DNA of 64,000 nucleotides from Paramoeba atlantica (taxonomy: Eukaryota; Protista; Discosea). A program made the position numbers and the translations under genes. Position 1 is the stretch's first letter; each line of letters starts with the position of its first letter. The notes beneath the pieces were generated by a model, which did no database searches, was not told the DNA's origin, and saw only the letters and a program-made list of their open reading frames with translations. Of the stretch, positions 49,315 to 60,785 are shown piece by piece. The stretch covers positions 255,757-319,756 of the forward strand of contig CDRNVI010000048.1 in the NCBI GenBank assembly GCA_977017575.1. Direction: 5' to 3'.

Positions 49315-52300
49315 TTTTTTTGCAATAAATAGGGGGGGAGAAGTATAAAACGCGGCATTGCCTCTATATTTTTACTCAGTAGACGAACCAAGTAGGTCCA
49401 TTGGGGGGGGTATATGATTTGTAAACAAGCAATCAAATTAGCAATTTCACATTTTTTTTTTTTAAAGTTAGGCTCAGAATAGAAACAAGCAACTGTACGA
49501 AAAGTAAAAGAATGTTCAACCGAGCAAACGGCCCAAAAAACAGCAAATAAGAACCCGTTCCCACCCCCAAAAAAAACCTTCCCCAAAAAACGAATACCCA
49601 AAGCCCCAAAAAGAAACCACCCGAGAAAACCAGCCAATAGAAACGAGGCCTCCTCCCTTGACACCGACTCCTTCACTTTCCTACTGAGCTCCTACTCCTC
49701 TTTTCCGTAACCTAAGAGCACTGTGTCAGGGACCGCCGCTGGGGATCGTAATACAAGCATGCGAGCTTGCGACCTCATGAGGGTAATGTTGAGAGATGAA
49801 AGGAGGTGATGCAAGGCATCGCTTTTAGGGAGGGTATCCCCTGAGTTCGCCATCTTTTTAGTTGAAATTTCCCTAAGAACCGCCATGGCGCTGGGACTCC
49901 AGGCGCCATAGGACTCTACTACCATTGCCGCGAACTTGTACCCAGCCGTGTTAGCCTCTTCCCGTTGTCTTCTCTTGTTCTCGGTAGCATAGCGCTCCGC
50001 AAATGACCCGGCCGTCACCCCGTTAGCGTCACGGACTGAGTCCGTATATTTTTGTTGCTGTACATGGGTGACGGCAAAGTCAAGCACAAGACCCTCGCCA
50101 AGCCCGAAATTTTTGATGAAGACATCACCAGGCCTGGTGAGGGCGCCCCCCTGCCCCTTGTTTCCCAAGCTCATTTCCCTCTGGGTAGTGAACCCAGCCT
50201 TAGAACATTCAGAAGAAAATTCTGCGGCCAGGGCATTATGCCGCGAGGTGATACCATGTCCACTTTTGCAAGCCAATGCGTGATCGCCCTCAGGACCCAA
50301 CGGTTGGGTGCACTTCTCCATGGGACAAGATCGGGGACCCGGATATATTTGCTCCCCTAGCCACCAACGTCCAATCCAATCCAATCCAAAAGACCGACAT
50401 ATGTCGGTTAGAATGTTAAATGTTTTCCCCCCGAACTTATACTCCCTCGCCTTCCAGTTCAGAGTTTAGTAGTGCCTACTATTTTACTTTCACACAATAC
50501 TTTTCCTTATCTTCCTGAACTCTTCCTCAGGGTATTCCGAACCTGCTGGTGGAAGCACGTCTTCCGCCCAACTCTTACTATGAAGGCGCCCTCTTCCCAC
50601 CAGTTTTCGCAATCTTCCCGCACAGCTTGACTTTAGCCTCGGCGCCGCGCTTGGGTGCTGGATTGGTTTTCGTCTTTCCCTTTTCCAAGGTTCTATGTTT
50701 TATCAGCTTTTCCAAGGATTTGTCGATTTGTGATGCGTTGGAATCATTACTTGTTTTTCTCTTTTTCTGCTCAGGCGGTCGAGGAACTTTTCGCGCTGCA
50801 ATCAGTGCTAACCCATCTGCCTCCTCGTTCCATTTATTTCCTGAGTGACCCTTGACTTTGCACATATATATTGAGTAGAAATCATGTTTTAAGGACCGTA
50901 ATTTTCCGTCTAACTGGGAGAACAAATCTCCATTTAAAACCCCCTTGTAACCAACGATTCGCCACCAACGTACCAGAGTCCGAAACTCGGTTGGGGTATA
51001 AGCGTGGCCGTTCTTTTTCGACGGCAATACAAAAGCCCATTCTGCTGCTCCGTGCCCCGTTTCCGAAATCCATCGAGCCCTCGTACGTGGGTCAGCGAGG
51101 GAGAGTGCTTGATGAAACTCGTGAGATGAGATTGCATCGCTTAGATCTCGTTGCCGAGGGATTACTGTTTCGGTACTGGATTCTGTAATGCCACGTTTAC
51201 TGAAAGGCGGAGTGGATGACAAGGCGAAACCTTTCGGTATTCTCCCTGATTGAATGTCTACGATGTCTTTCCCCACCCTTTTATTGACATCGCTTACGGC
51301 TTCTTCGAAACCTTCTGCCTCCGTGGGGTCCCAGCGATCTAGCTCCGATGCAAATGCGACAGAGGCGATATAGGCTGAAGTAGAGTGCTCTTCCGCGGAA
51401 CGGAGTCCTAACCCGCCAAATCGCTTGTTTCGTTGTGTTTGACGGCGGGCCTCGGGGGTCAGAGGACGGAAAAAATTCTCTACCGCGCGTTGCACGGCGT
51501 CGTCCAAGCGCCGACAGAGATCCCGAAGTTCAGATGTTGGGGTTGTTCGTAGGGAGTAAACCATCTGGCAGAAGCCAGTGCAGTGACGAATGAGGGATAA
51601 GGCAACCTGGGGGTCTTCGAGGTGCGTTATAGCGTCCAGAGAATCTTCTGCCATTTCGACTGCATTGTTGACGAGATATTCACGACAAAACTCTGGCGAT
51701 CCAACGGGGCTTCCCAGAATGTAAAAATTGCCTTCGAGGTTTTTGTTAGGGCCAGGGAGATCGGGAAAAACAGAAGAACGATGAGAAGATGCTGGGTGGG
51801 TAATAATCTCGCATTTTGCAGCGTTGAGGTGTAGGCCCCATTGTGGACCCTTCATTTCGATAACGTCGAACGCGTGTCGCACATCACAGGAAGTGCCAGC
51901 CAAAACGCCATCATCCAGGTACCAGAGGCTTAGGTCTAATTTGGGGGCTGCTGCGTGAATTTCTGAGGCGACTTCCCTCATGACTAACGAGAAAAGAAGA
52001 GGGCCCAAGGGGTCCCCTTGCTGGACACCCTCACGAGATTTAATAACGCGTGTTCCAAAGGTAAGCTTACTTTCCGAAGTGTAGCACCATTCGACGTAAG
52101 GAGTAAGCGTGGGGAAATGCTCGCGTGTTAGTGCTATGAACCAGTCCCTTGAAACTTGGTTGAAGGCATTACGTAGGTCGATTTTACAGAGAACAAAGTC
52201 GTCATCTTCCGTGCGAGCAGCAAAGGCCTGGCGACACAGATGTATAACTCGCTCGGCCCCGGCGGGCGTGGCTACCCCGTACTGATGGCCTTTGAAAATT

Positions 52301-52907
52301 TTGCGGGCTCGCGCTTTTACTGATAGGCAGGCCACTTTACTCACCAGACGGCGGAGCGTTTCTCCATCGGCTATTGGGCGCACGTCGTGTTCTCCCTTTT
52401 CCAAAGCACATAGCCTTCCTCCGGCAAAGTGGTCTTGAACGTCGAGTGGTAACTTCCCAGCGAGCATATGGTTGGTGAAATTTGTGAGCGTGCCCAGTGG
52501 ATTTGTGTGCCCGTCATTGTGATATTGCATTGCCGCTTGCACGTGTTCTGGGCGGAGGCAAAGTGCGCCACCTGATGATCCTCTGTGGAAGGTTGAGAGC
52601 GCAGCTGCGACTTCTTCCTCGGTGACTTTGAGTGGTTCTGTTTCCGGAGTTAAGCTGGGGGATGTTGTGGATGCGGAGATTCGTGGGGGGTGTTTGGCCT
52701 GAAGTTTGGCGTACGTGTTGTCGTCGTCTGGTGCTAGCGGCGAAGAAGTCAGTGCGGTCATGGCGCGAGAAAGTTCTCCGTCGCGGGCCAGTCGCTCCGC
52801 GCGAAGACACGCTTTCTTCCCCTCGTCTTCTAGGCTTGTTGCTTGCGCAGCACGTTTCTTACGATTCAAAGTCTTACATGTTTCGTTCCAAAGTGATAGA
52901 TATTGTC
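49315..52907 (-). mobile_element. CRE-like family E copy 1, 5'-truncated and interrupted
   Basis: RT part (50961-52907) and RLE part (49692-50370) join in frame as LVRWW-LGEQIYP once the 590-bp insertion is removed. The 3' UTR lacks the structured block. Confidence 0.88.
50371..50960 (-). mobile_element. 5'-truncated RNase-H-bearing LINE (Ingi/I-like) with 11-bp TSD
   Basis: TSD gccaccaacgt at 50360-50370 and 50961-50971. Encodes an RNase H C-terminal half (NGDLF..KVKGHSG..WNEEADGLA). The 3' end has the palindrome accgacatatgtcggt and an (ATTGG)3 tail. Confidence 0.8.
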
Positions 52908-53138
52908 TTTTTTTTTTTTTTTTTTTTTTTTTTGCAATTAATAAGGGGGGAGATGTATGAAACGCGGCATTGCCTCTATATTACCCATTATGCGAACCAA
53001 GTAGGTCCATTGGGGGGATATGAATGTATGTAAATTTCTTAGTTTTTCCTCCTTCCACAAGCAATCAGCCCACCCCAAACTAGCAAACAATTTCCCCCCA
53101 CGAAGCCGCCTCCCTGAAGAGAAATGCAGTGAAAAGTC
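52908..53138 (-). mobile_element. Module F copy 3
   Basis: As 40939-41144. Confidence 0.7.
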
Positions 53139-53522
53139 TTTTTTTTTTTTTTTTTATGCGTTCAAGACTGAAAAATTCTTTCTTCTAAAATATATTCTAT
53201 GAATGTACGGTATCCCTTTCTTACTTACTTTCCTACTTACTTTACTTCGCCCTTATCAACTTCGCCCGCTTCTCTCCCTTATCTCCACCCCTCAAAGAAA
53301 CCATCCGCGACTTTCCGACTTCACCCGCTTCTTTCCCTCACTTCCCCCCCCCCGAGCATCCATCCGCGCCTTCCAAACTTTGCCCTCCTCTTTCCCTCAC
53401 TTCCCCCAAGAAATCAATCCGCGCGTGCTCCACCCCTTCTTCCAGCAGTGCGCGCTTCGGACCGGGTCTCTCGACCTCTCCACGGCCTGGCTTGGGAACC
53501 CTTCCCTTGTTATGCGGGTACC
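53139..53522 (-). mobile_element. G-type 3' UTR-only module
   Basis: T17, a longer G tail, truncated inside the structured block before T23. Confidence 0.8.
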
Positions 53523-56400
53523 TTTTTTTTTTTTTTTTTTTTTTTACTTTACTTCGCCCTTATCAACTTCGCCCGCTTCTCTCCCTTATCTCCACCCCTC
53601 AAAGAAACCATCCGCGACTTTCCGACTTCACCCGCTTCTTTCCCTCACTTCCCCCCCCCCGAGCATCCATCCGCGCCTTCCAAACTTTGCCCTCCTCTTT
53701 CCCTCACTTCCCCCCAGAAATCAATCCGCGAGTGCTCCACCCCTTCTTCCAGCAGTGCGCGCTTCGGACCGGGTCTCTCTACCTCTCCACGGCCTGGCTT
53801 GGGAACCCTTCCCTTGTTATGCGGGAGGGCGCAGGCGCGGGCATGTGCCGACAGCGGCACGGTCACGAAGTTGGGTTTTGATCGCCGGATTCGGATGAAT
53901 GTTCCGAATCCATACCTGTCTCACATTGGGGTACCTTGCTCGTGAAAGCGAGGCGTGAGGATAGGCACTGTCGGCTCGATCGGCCTCGGGCCGCTCTGGA
54001 GGCTATTCCTCCAGAGTTGCGATGGGGTCTTCGGAAGGTGAACGAGCAACCATCATGCGCGCTTGAAAGCGCATAAGGGTTATGTTTAGTTCAGCGAAGA
54101 TTCGGCTCGTTGCCTCACCTTCCGAAAGTAGACCCCCCGAGGCGTGCGAACACCTCTCACCGACTTTGCGGAGCACGGCTGAAGCGCTGGGGCTCCAGGC
54201 GCCATAACTTTCGACAACCATGGCCGTAAAGTCGCATCCTGCCTCTACGGCTTCTCGACGCTGCTTGCCCTTCTCCATTGAGGAATAATGTTCGGCAAAT
54301 GACCCCGCGGCAACCCAGCTAGCGTTTCGGACTTTGTCCGTATATTTTAATTGCTGAGCATGGGTGACCGCGAAGTCAAGCACAATGGGATTTCCAAGAA
54401 AAAGGCTGGGCAAGTATATGTCGCCAGGTCTGGTGAGGGCCCCGCCTGGGCCCCTGTTCCCGAGACTCTTTTCTCGTTGAGGGGCGAGGCGGGCTCGACT
54501 GCACACGTCCGCGAACTGGTCCGTAACAGCGTTGTGCCTGGTCACAATACCATGGCCATGTTTGCAAGACAGTGCATGGTCCCCTTTGCTGTCAAGGGGG
54601 AGCGAGCATTTCGGCATGGGGCACGTGCTATCTTCATGGTAGATGTCCACGCCTAACCACCAACGGGCCAAAGTTCGGAATTGTGTGGGGGTAAAGGCGT
54701 GCCCAAGGTCTTTCGAAGGAGTCACAAAGGCCCAGCTGCTCGCTCCCGTGCCACACTGGGAGATCCACCTTGCACGGGTTCGTGCGTCAGTTGTCTCATA
54801 TTCCTGGGAAAAGGCATGGGCTGCAATAGCATAACTGATTACCCGCTGGCGCGGGATCTTCCCTTTGGGCCACTGTGGGGGTAACATGTCCTGGCATTCT
54901 TCAGAACCGTAGAGGGGAGTCGAGAGTGGGTAGGCATCCGTGGGTGTGTTGGCCGTGCGGGAAGTCGTACGAAGAATATGTCCCGGAGGCTCGTCCGGGG
55001 GGTGAGGATCATTCCCTGGCGGAGGGCGCCTTCTCTTCCGGTAGGAGTACGGCGCGCTCAGGGCCTTCTCGCATGGGGCGTTGGGAGTCGTGAGAACACG
55101 ACCTCGGGGATCGAGGAGAGCAGTGCCGGCCTTCTGATTGATGTCGAGGATGGCCTCCGAGAAACCTTCAGCGTCTGTGGGATCCCAGGAATCTGTGGCA
55201 GAGGCAAAGGCGACGGATGCAACGTAAGCCGCGGAAGCGTGGAGAGCTGCGGATCTCAGACCTAATCCCCCATGACGCTTCAGTCGCTGTGCTTGAGATT
55301 GTGCTGACCTGTCCAGAGGACAGATGATTGCCTCTATAGCGGTCATGAGAAAGTCGTCTAAACGGGAGCAAAGGTGAATCAGGGACTGTGGGGGCGTGCT
55401 TCTCATGGCATACACCATTTGACAGAACCCCGCACATTGACGAATTAGGGCAAGCGCGACCTGGGGGTCCTGAATGTTGGTGATGGCATCGAGGGTATCC
55501 TCGGCTGGTTCTAGGGCGTGAGAAAGAAGATAAGCAGAGCAGTGGTCGGCGGATCCTACAGGACTCCCTAGTATGTCAAAGTTCCCCTGCGAATTGATCT
55601 TCTCGTCGGGTATGTCTGGGAAGTAATCAGCCTGGTGGGCCGAGCTGGGGGAAGTAATAATTTCGCATTTCGACGTATTGAGATACAAGCCCCATTGAGG
55701 TCCTACTCGGGCGATCGTGTCTAGGGCGTCTCTAACTTCCTGCGCCTGGCCAACGAGGACGCCATCGTCGAGATACCAGAGTTGGGCGGGAATATCAGTT
55801 TGAAGGTTAATGGCTTCTGAGAGCTCCAGGGCCACTAACGAGAAGAGCAATGGTCCTAGGGGATCGCCCTGTTGTACTCCTTCCTCGGAGGAGATGAATC
55901 GGGCCCCGTAGGTAAGAGAGCTGGGGTCGGAATAGCACCAATTGATCCAAGGGAAGAGTTCCGGGAAATATTCCTGTACTAGTGGAAGGAAGGCAGCCCT
56001 GCTTACGTTATTGAAAGCGTTACGTAGGTCCACTTTGCACATGACGAAGTTCGGGTTTTCCATATTGGACGACATGGCCAGGCGACACATGTGAATGACT
56101 CTTTCGGCCCCGGCTGTCGCTGCCACTCCGTACTGTTTGCCTTCAAAGAGCTCGCTCGCTTTGGGTCGGATTGCGTTGCATACGGCTTTGCTCGCTAATC
56201 GCCGAAGGGTTTCACCGGCAGCGATCGGACGAACATCATTTTCGCCCTTTGATAGGGCGCATAAGCGCGCCCCTGCGAAGTGCGCCTGTACTTCAGAGGG
56301 TGCCTTCCCAGCTAGGAGGTGATTTGTTAGCTTTGTGAGGGATCGGAGAAAGTCATTTCCGTGTACGAGCAGTGCTGCCTGTAGGTGCTCTGGGCGTAAG
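53523..56400 (-). mobile_element. Family G copy 2, 5'-truncated
   Basis: ORF 54003 to ~56400; same truncation as copy 1. Confidence 0.9.
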
Positions 56401-56576
56401 TTCCTCTTTAAGTAGTTCCTCTTTTTTTTTTTTTAGCAAATCTTTTTGTTTCCACAGATGTACCTTTTGTTTTTTTCTCTCAGCCCAAAACTAGCAATTT
56501 AATCTCCCCTAAGTATATACTACTTCTTTTTACACTTTTTTACTACTTTTTTTTACTACTTTTTTTTTTTTTCCTC

Positions 56577-59500
56577 TTTTTTTGCAATAAATAGGGGGGG
56601 AGAAGTATAAAACGCGGCATTGCCTCTATATTTTTACTCAGTAGACGAACCAAGTAGGTCCATTGGGGGGGGTATATGATTTGTAAACAAGCAATCAAAT
56701 TAGCAATTTCACATTTTTTTTTTTTAAAGTTAGGCTCAGAATAGAAACAAGCAACTGTACGAAAAGTAAAAGAATGTTCAACCGAGCAAACGGCCCAAAA
56801 AACAGCAAATAAGAACCCGTTCCCACCCCCAAAAAAAACCTTCCCCAAAAAACGAATACCCAAAGCCCCAAAAAGAAACCACCCGAGAAAACCAGCCAAT
56901 AGAAACGAGGCCTCCTCCCTTGACACCGACTCCTTCACTTTCCTACTGAGCTCCTACTCATCTTTTCCGTAACCTAAGAGCACTGTGTCAGGGACCGCCG
57001 CTGGGGATCGTAATACAAGCATGCGAGCTTGCGACCTCATGAGGGTAATGTTGAGAGATGAAAGGAGGTGATGCAAGGCATCGCTTTTAGGGAGGGTATC
57101 CCCTGAGTTCGCCATCTTTTTAGTTGAAATTTCCCTAAGAACCGCCATGGCGCTGGGACTCCAGGCGCCATAGGACTCTACTACCATTGCCGCGAACTTG
57201 TACCCAGCCGTGTTAGCCTCTTCCCGTTGTCTTCTCTTGTTCTCGGTAGCATAGCGCTCCGCAAATGACCCGGCCGTCACCCCGTTAGCGTCACGGACTG
57301 AGTCCGTATATTTTTGTTGCTGTACATGGGTGACGGCAAAGTCAAGCACAAGACCCTCGCCAAGCCCGAAATTTTTGATGAAGACATCACCAGGCCTGGT
57401 GAGGGCGCCCCCCGGCCCCTTGTTTCCCAAGCTCATTTCCCTCTGGGTAGTGAACCCAGCCTTAGAACATTCAGAAGAAAATTCTGCGGCCAGGGCATTA
57501 TGCCGCGAGGTGATACCATGTCCACTTTTGCAAGCCAATGCGTGATCGCCCTCAGGACCCAACGGTTGGGTGCACTTCTCCATGGGACAAGATCGGGGAC
57601 CCGGATATATTTGCTCCCCTAGCCACCAACGTCCAATCCAATCCAATCCAAAAGACCGACATATGTCGGTTAGAATGTTAAATGTTTTCCCCCCGAACTT
57701 ATACTCCCTCGCCTTCCAGTTCAGAGTTTAGTAGTGCCTACTATTTTACTTTCACACAATACTTTTCCTTATCTTCCTGAACTCTTCCTCAGGGTATTCC
57801 GAACCTGCTGGTGGAAGCACGTCTTCCGCCCAACTCTTACTATGAAGGCGCCCTCTTCCCACCAGTTTTCGCAATCTTCCCGCACAGCTTGACTTTAGCC
57901 TCGGCGCCGCGCTTGGGTGCTGGATTGGTTTTCGTCTTTCCCTTTTCCAAGGTTCTATGTTTTATCAGCTTTTCCAAGGATTTGTCGATTTGTGATGCGT
58001 TGGAATCATTACTTGTTTTTCTCTTTTTCTGCTCAGGCGGTCGAGGAACTTTTCGCGCTGCAATCAGTGCTAACCCATCTGCCTCCTCGTTCCATTTATT
58101 TCCTGAGTGACCCTTGACTTTGCACATATATATTGAGTAGAAATCATGTTTTAAGGACCGTAATTTTCCGTCTAACTGGGAGAACAAATCTCCATTTAAA
58201 ACCCCCTTGTAACCAACGATTCGCCACCAACGTACCAGAGTCCGAAACTCGGTTGGGGTATAAGCGTGGCCGTTCTTTTTCGACGGCAATACAAAAGCCC
58301 ATTCTGCTGCTCCGTGCCCCGTTTCCGAAATCCATCGAGCCCTCGTACGTGGGTCAGCGAGGGAGAGTGCTTGATGAAACTCGTGAGATGAGATTGCATC
58401 GCTTAGATCTCGTTGCCGAGGGATTACTGTTTCGGTACTGGATTCTGTAATGCCACGTTTACTGAAAGGCGGAGTGGATGACAAGGCGAAACCTTTCGGT
58501 ATTCTCCCTGATTGAATGTCTACGATGTCTTTCCCCACCCTTTTATTGACATCGCTTACGGCTTCTTCGAAACCTTCTGCCTCCGTGGGGTCCCAGCGAT
58601 CTAGCTCCGATGCAAATGCGACAGAGGCGATATAGGCTGAAGTAGAGTGCTCTTCCGCGGAACGGAGTCCTAACCCGCCAAATCGCTTGTTTCGTTGTGT
58701 TTGACGGCGGGCCTCGGGGGTCAGAGGACGGAAAAAATTCTCTACCGCGCGTTGCACGGCGTCGTCCAAGCGCCGACAGAGATCCCGAAGTTCAGATGTT
58801 GGGGTTGTTCGTAGGGAGTAAACCATCTGGCAGAAGCCAGTGCAGTGACGAATGAGGGATAAGGCAACCTGGGGGTCTTCGAGGTGCGTTATAGCGTCCA
58901 GAGAATCTTCTGCCATTTCGACTGCATTGTTGACGAGATATTCACGACAAAACTCTGGCGATCCAACGGGGCTTCCCAGAATGTAAAAATTGCCTTCGAG
59001 GTTTTTGTTAGGGCCAGGGAGATCGGGAAAAACAGAAGAACGATGAGAAGATGCTGGGTGGGTAATAATCTCGCATTTTGCAGCGTTGAGGTGTAGGCCC
59101 CATTGTGGACCCTTCATTTCGATAACGTCGAACGCGTGTCGCACATCACAGGAAGTGCCAGCCAAAACGCCATCATCCAGGTACCAGAGGCTTAGGTCTA
59201 ATTTGGGGGCTGCTGCGTGAATTTCTGAGGCGACTTCCCTCATGACTAACGAGAAAAGAAGAGGGCCCAAGGGGTCCCCTTGCTGGACACCCTCACGAGA
59301 TTTAATAACGCGTGTTCCAAAGGTAAGCTTACTTTCCGAAGTGTAGCACCATTCGACGTAAGGAGTAAGCGTGGGGAAATGCTCGCGTGTTAGTGCTATG
59401 AACCAGTCCCTTGAAACTTGGTTGAAGGCATTACGTAGGTCGATTTTACAGAGAACAAAGTCGTCATCTTCCGTGCGAGCAGCAAAGGCCTGGCGACACA

Positions 59501-60169
59501 GATGTATAACTCGCTCGGCCCCGGCGGGCGTGGCTACCCCGTACTGATGGCCTTTGAAAATTTTGCGGGCTCGCGCTTTTACTGATAGGCAGGCCACTTT
59601 ACTCACCAGACGGCGGAGCGTTTCTCCATCGGCTATTGGGCGCACGTCGTGTTCTCCCTTTTCCAAAGCACATAGCCTTCCTCCGGCAAAGTGGTCTTGA
59701 ACGTCGAGTGGTAACTTCCCAGCGAGCATATGGTTGGTGAAATTTGTGAGCGTGCCCAGTGGATTTGTGTGCCCGTCATTGTGATATTGCATTGCCGCTT
59801 GCACGTGTTCTGGGCGGAGGCAAAGTGCGCCACCTGATGATCCTCTGTGGAAGGTTGAGAGCGCAGCTGCGACTTCTTCCTCGGTGACTTTGAGTGGTTC
59901 TGTTTCCGGAGTTAAGCTGGGGGATGTTGTGGATGCGGAGATTCGTGGGGGGTGTTTGGCCTGAAGTTTGGCGTACGTGTTGTCGTCGTCTGGTGCTAGC
60001 GGCGAAGAAGTCAGTGCGGTCATGGCGCGAGAAAGTTCTCCGTCGCGGGCCAGTCGCTCCGCGCGAAGACACGCTTTCTTCCCCTCGTCTTCTAGGCTTG
60101 TTGCTTGCGCAGCACGTTTCTTACGATTCAAAGTCTTACATGTTTCGTTCCAAAGTGATAGATATTGTC
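56577..60169 (-). mobile_element. Family E copy 2, 5'-truncated and interrupted
   Basis: RLE part 56954-57632; RT part 58223-60169. Confidence 0.88.
57633..58222 (-). mobile_element. Truncated RNase-H LINE insertion, copy 2
   Basis: TSD at 57622-57632 and 58223-58233. Confidence 0.8.
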
Positions 60170-60401
60170 TTTTTTTTTTTTTTTTTTTTTTTTTTTGCAA
60201 TTAATAAGGGGGGAGATGTATGAAACGCGGCATTGCCTCTATATTACCCATTATGCGAACCAAGTAGGTCCATTGGGGGGATATGAATGTATGTAAATTT
60301 CTTAGTTTTTCCTCCTTCCACAAGCAATCAGCCCACCCCAAACTAGCAAACAATTTCCCCCCACGAAGCCGCCTCCCTGAAGAGAAATGCAGTGAAAAGT
60401 C
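60170..60401 (-). mobile_element. Module F copy 4
   Basis: As 52934-53138. Confidence 0.7.
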
Positions 60402-60785
60402 TTTTTTTTTTTTTTTTTATGCGTTCAAGACTGAAAAATTCTTTCTTCTAAAATATATTCTATGAATGTACGGTATCCCTTTCTTACTTACTTTCCTACT
60501 TACTTTACTTCGCCCTTATCAACTTCGCCCGCTTCTCTCCCTTATCTCCACCCCTCAAAGAAACCATCCGCGACTTTCCGACTTCACCCGCTTCTTTCCC
60601 TCACTTCCCCCCCCCCGAGCATCCATCCGCGCCTTCCAAACTTTGCCCTCCTCTTTCCCTCACTTCCCCCAAGAAATCAATCCGCGCGTGCTCCACCCCT
60701 TCTTCCAGCAGTGCGCGCTTCGGACCGGGTCTCTCGACCTCTCCACGGCCTGGCTTGGGAACCCTTCCCTTGTTATGCGGGTACC
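60402..60785 (-). mobile_element. G-type 3' UTR-only module, copy 2
   Basis: As 53139-53522. Confidence 0.8.

Noticed and set aside
50578-52869. Novel RLE-less family with a natural C-terminal RNase H
   Set aside because: The TSD and in-frame rejoining with the 230-aa RLE ORF show it is a nested insertion.
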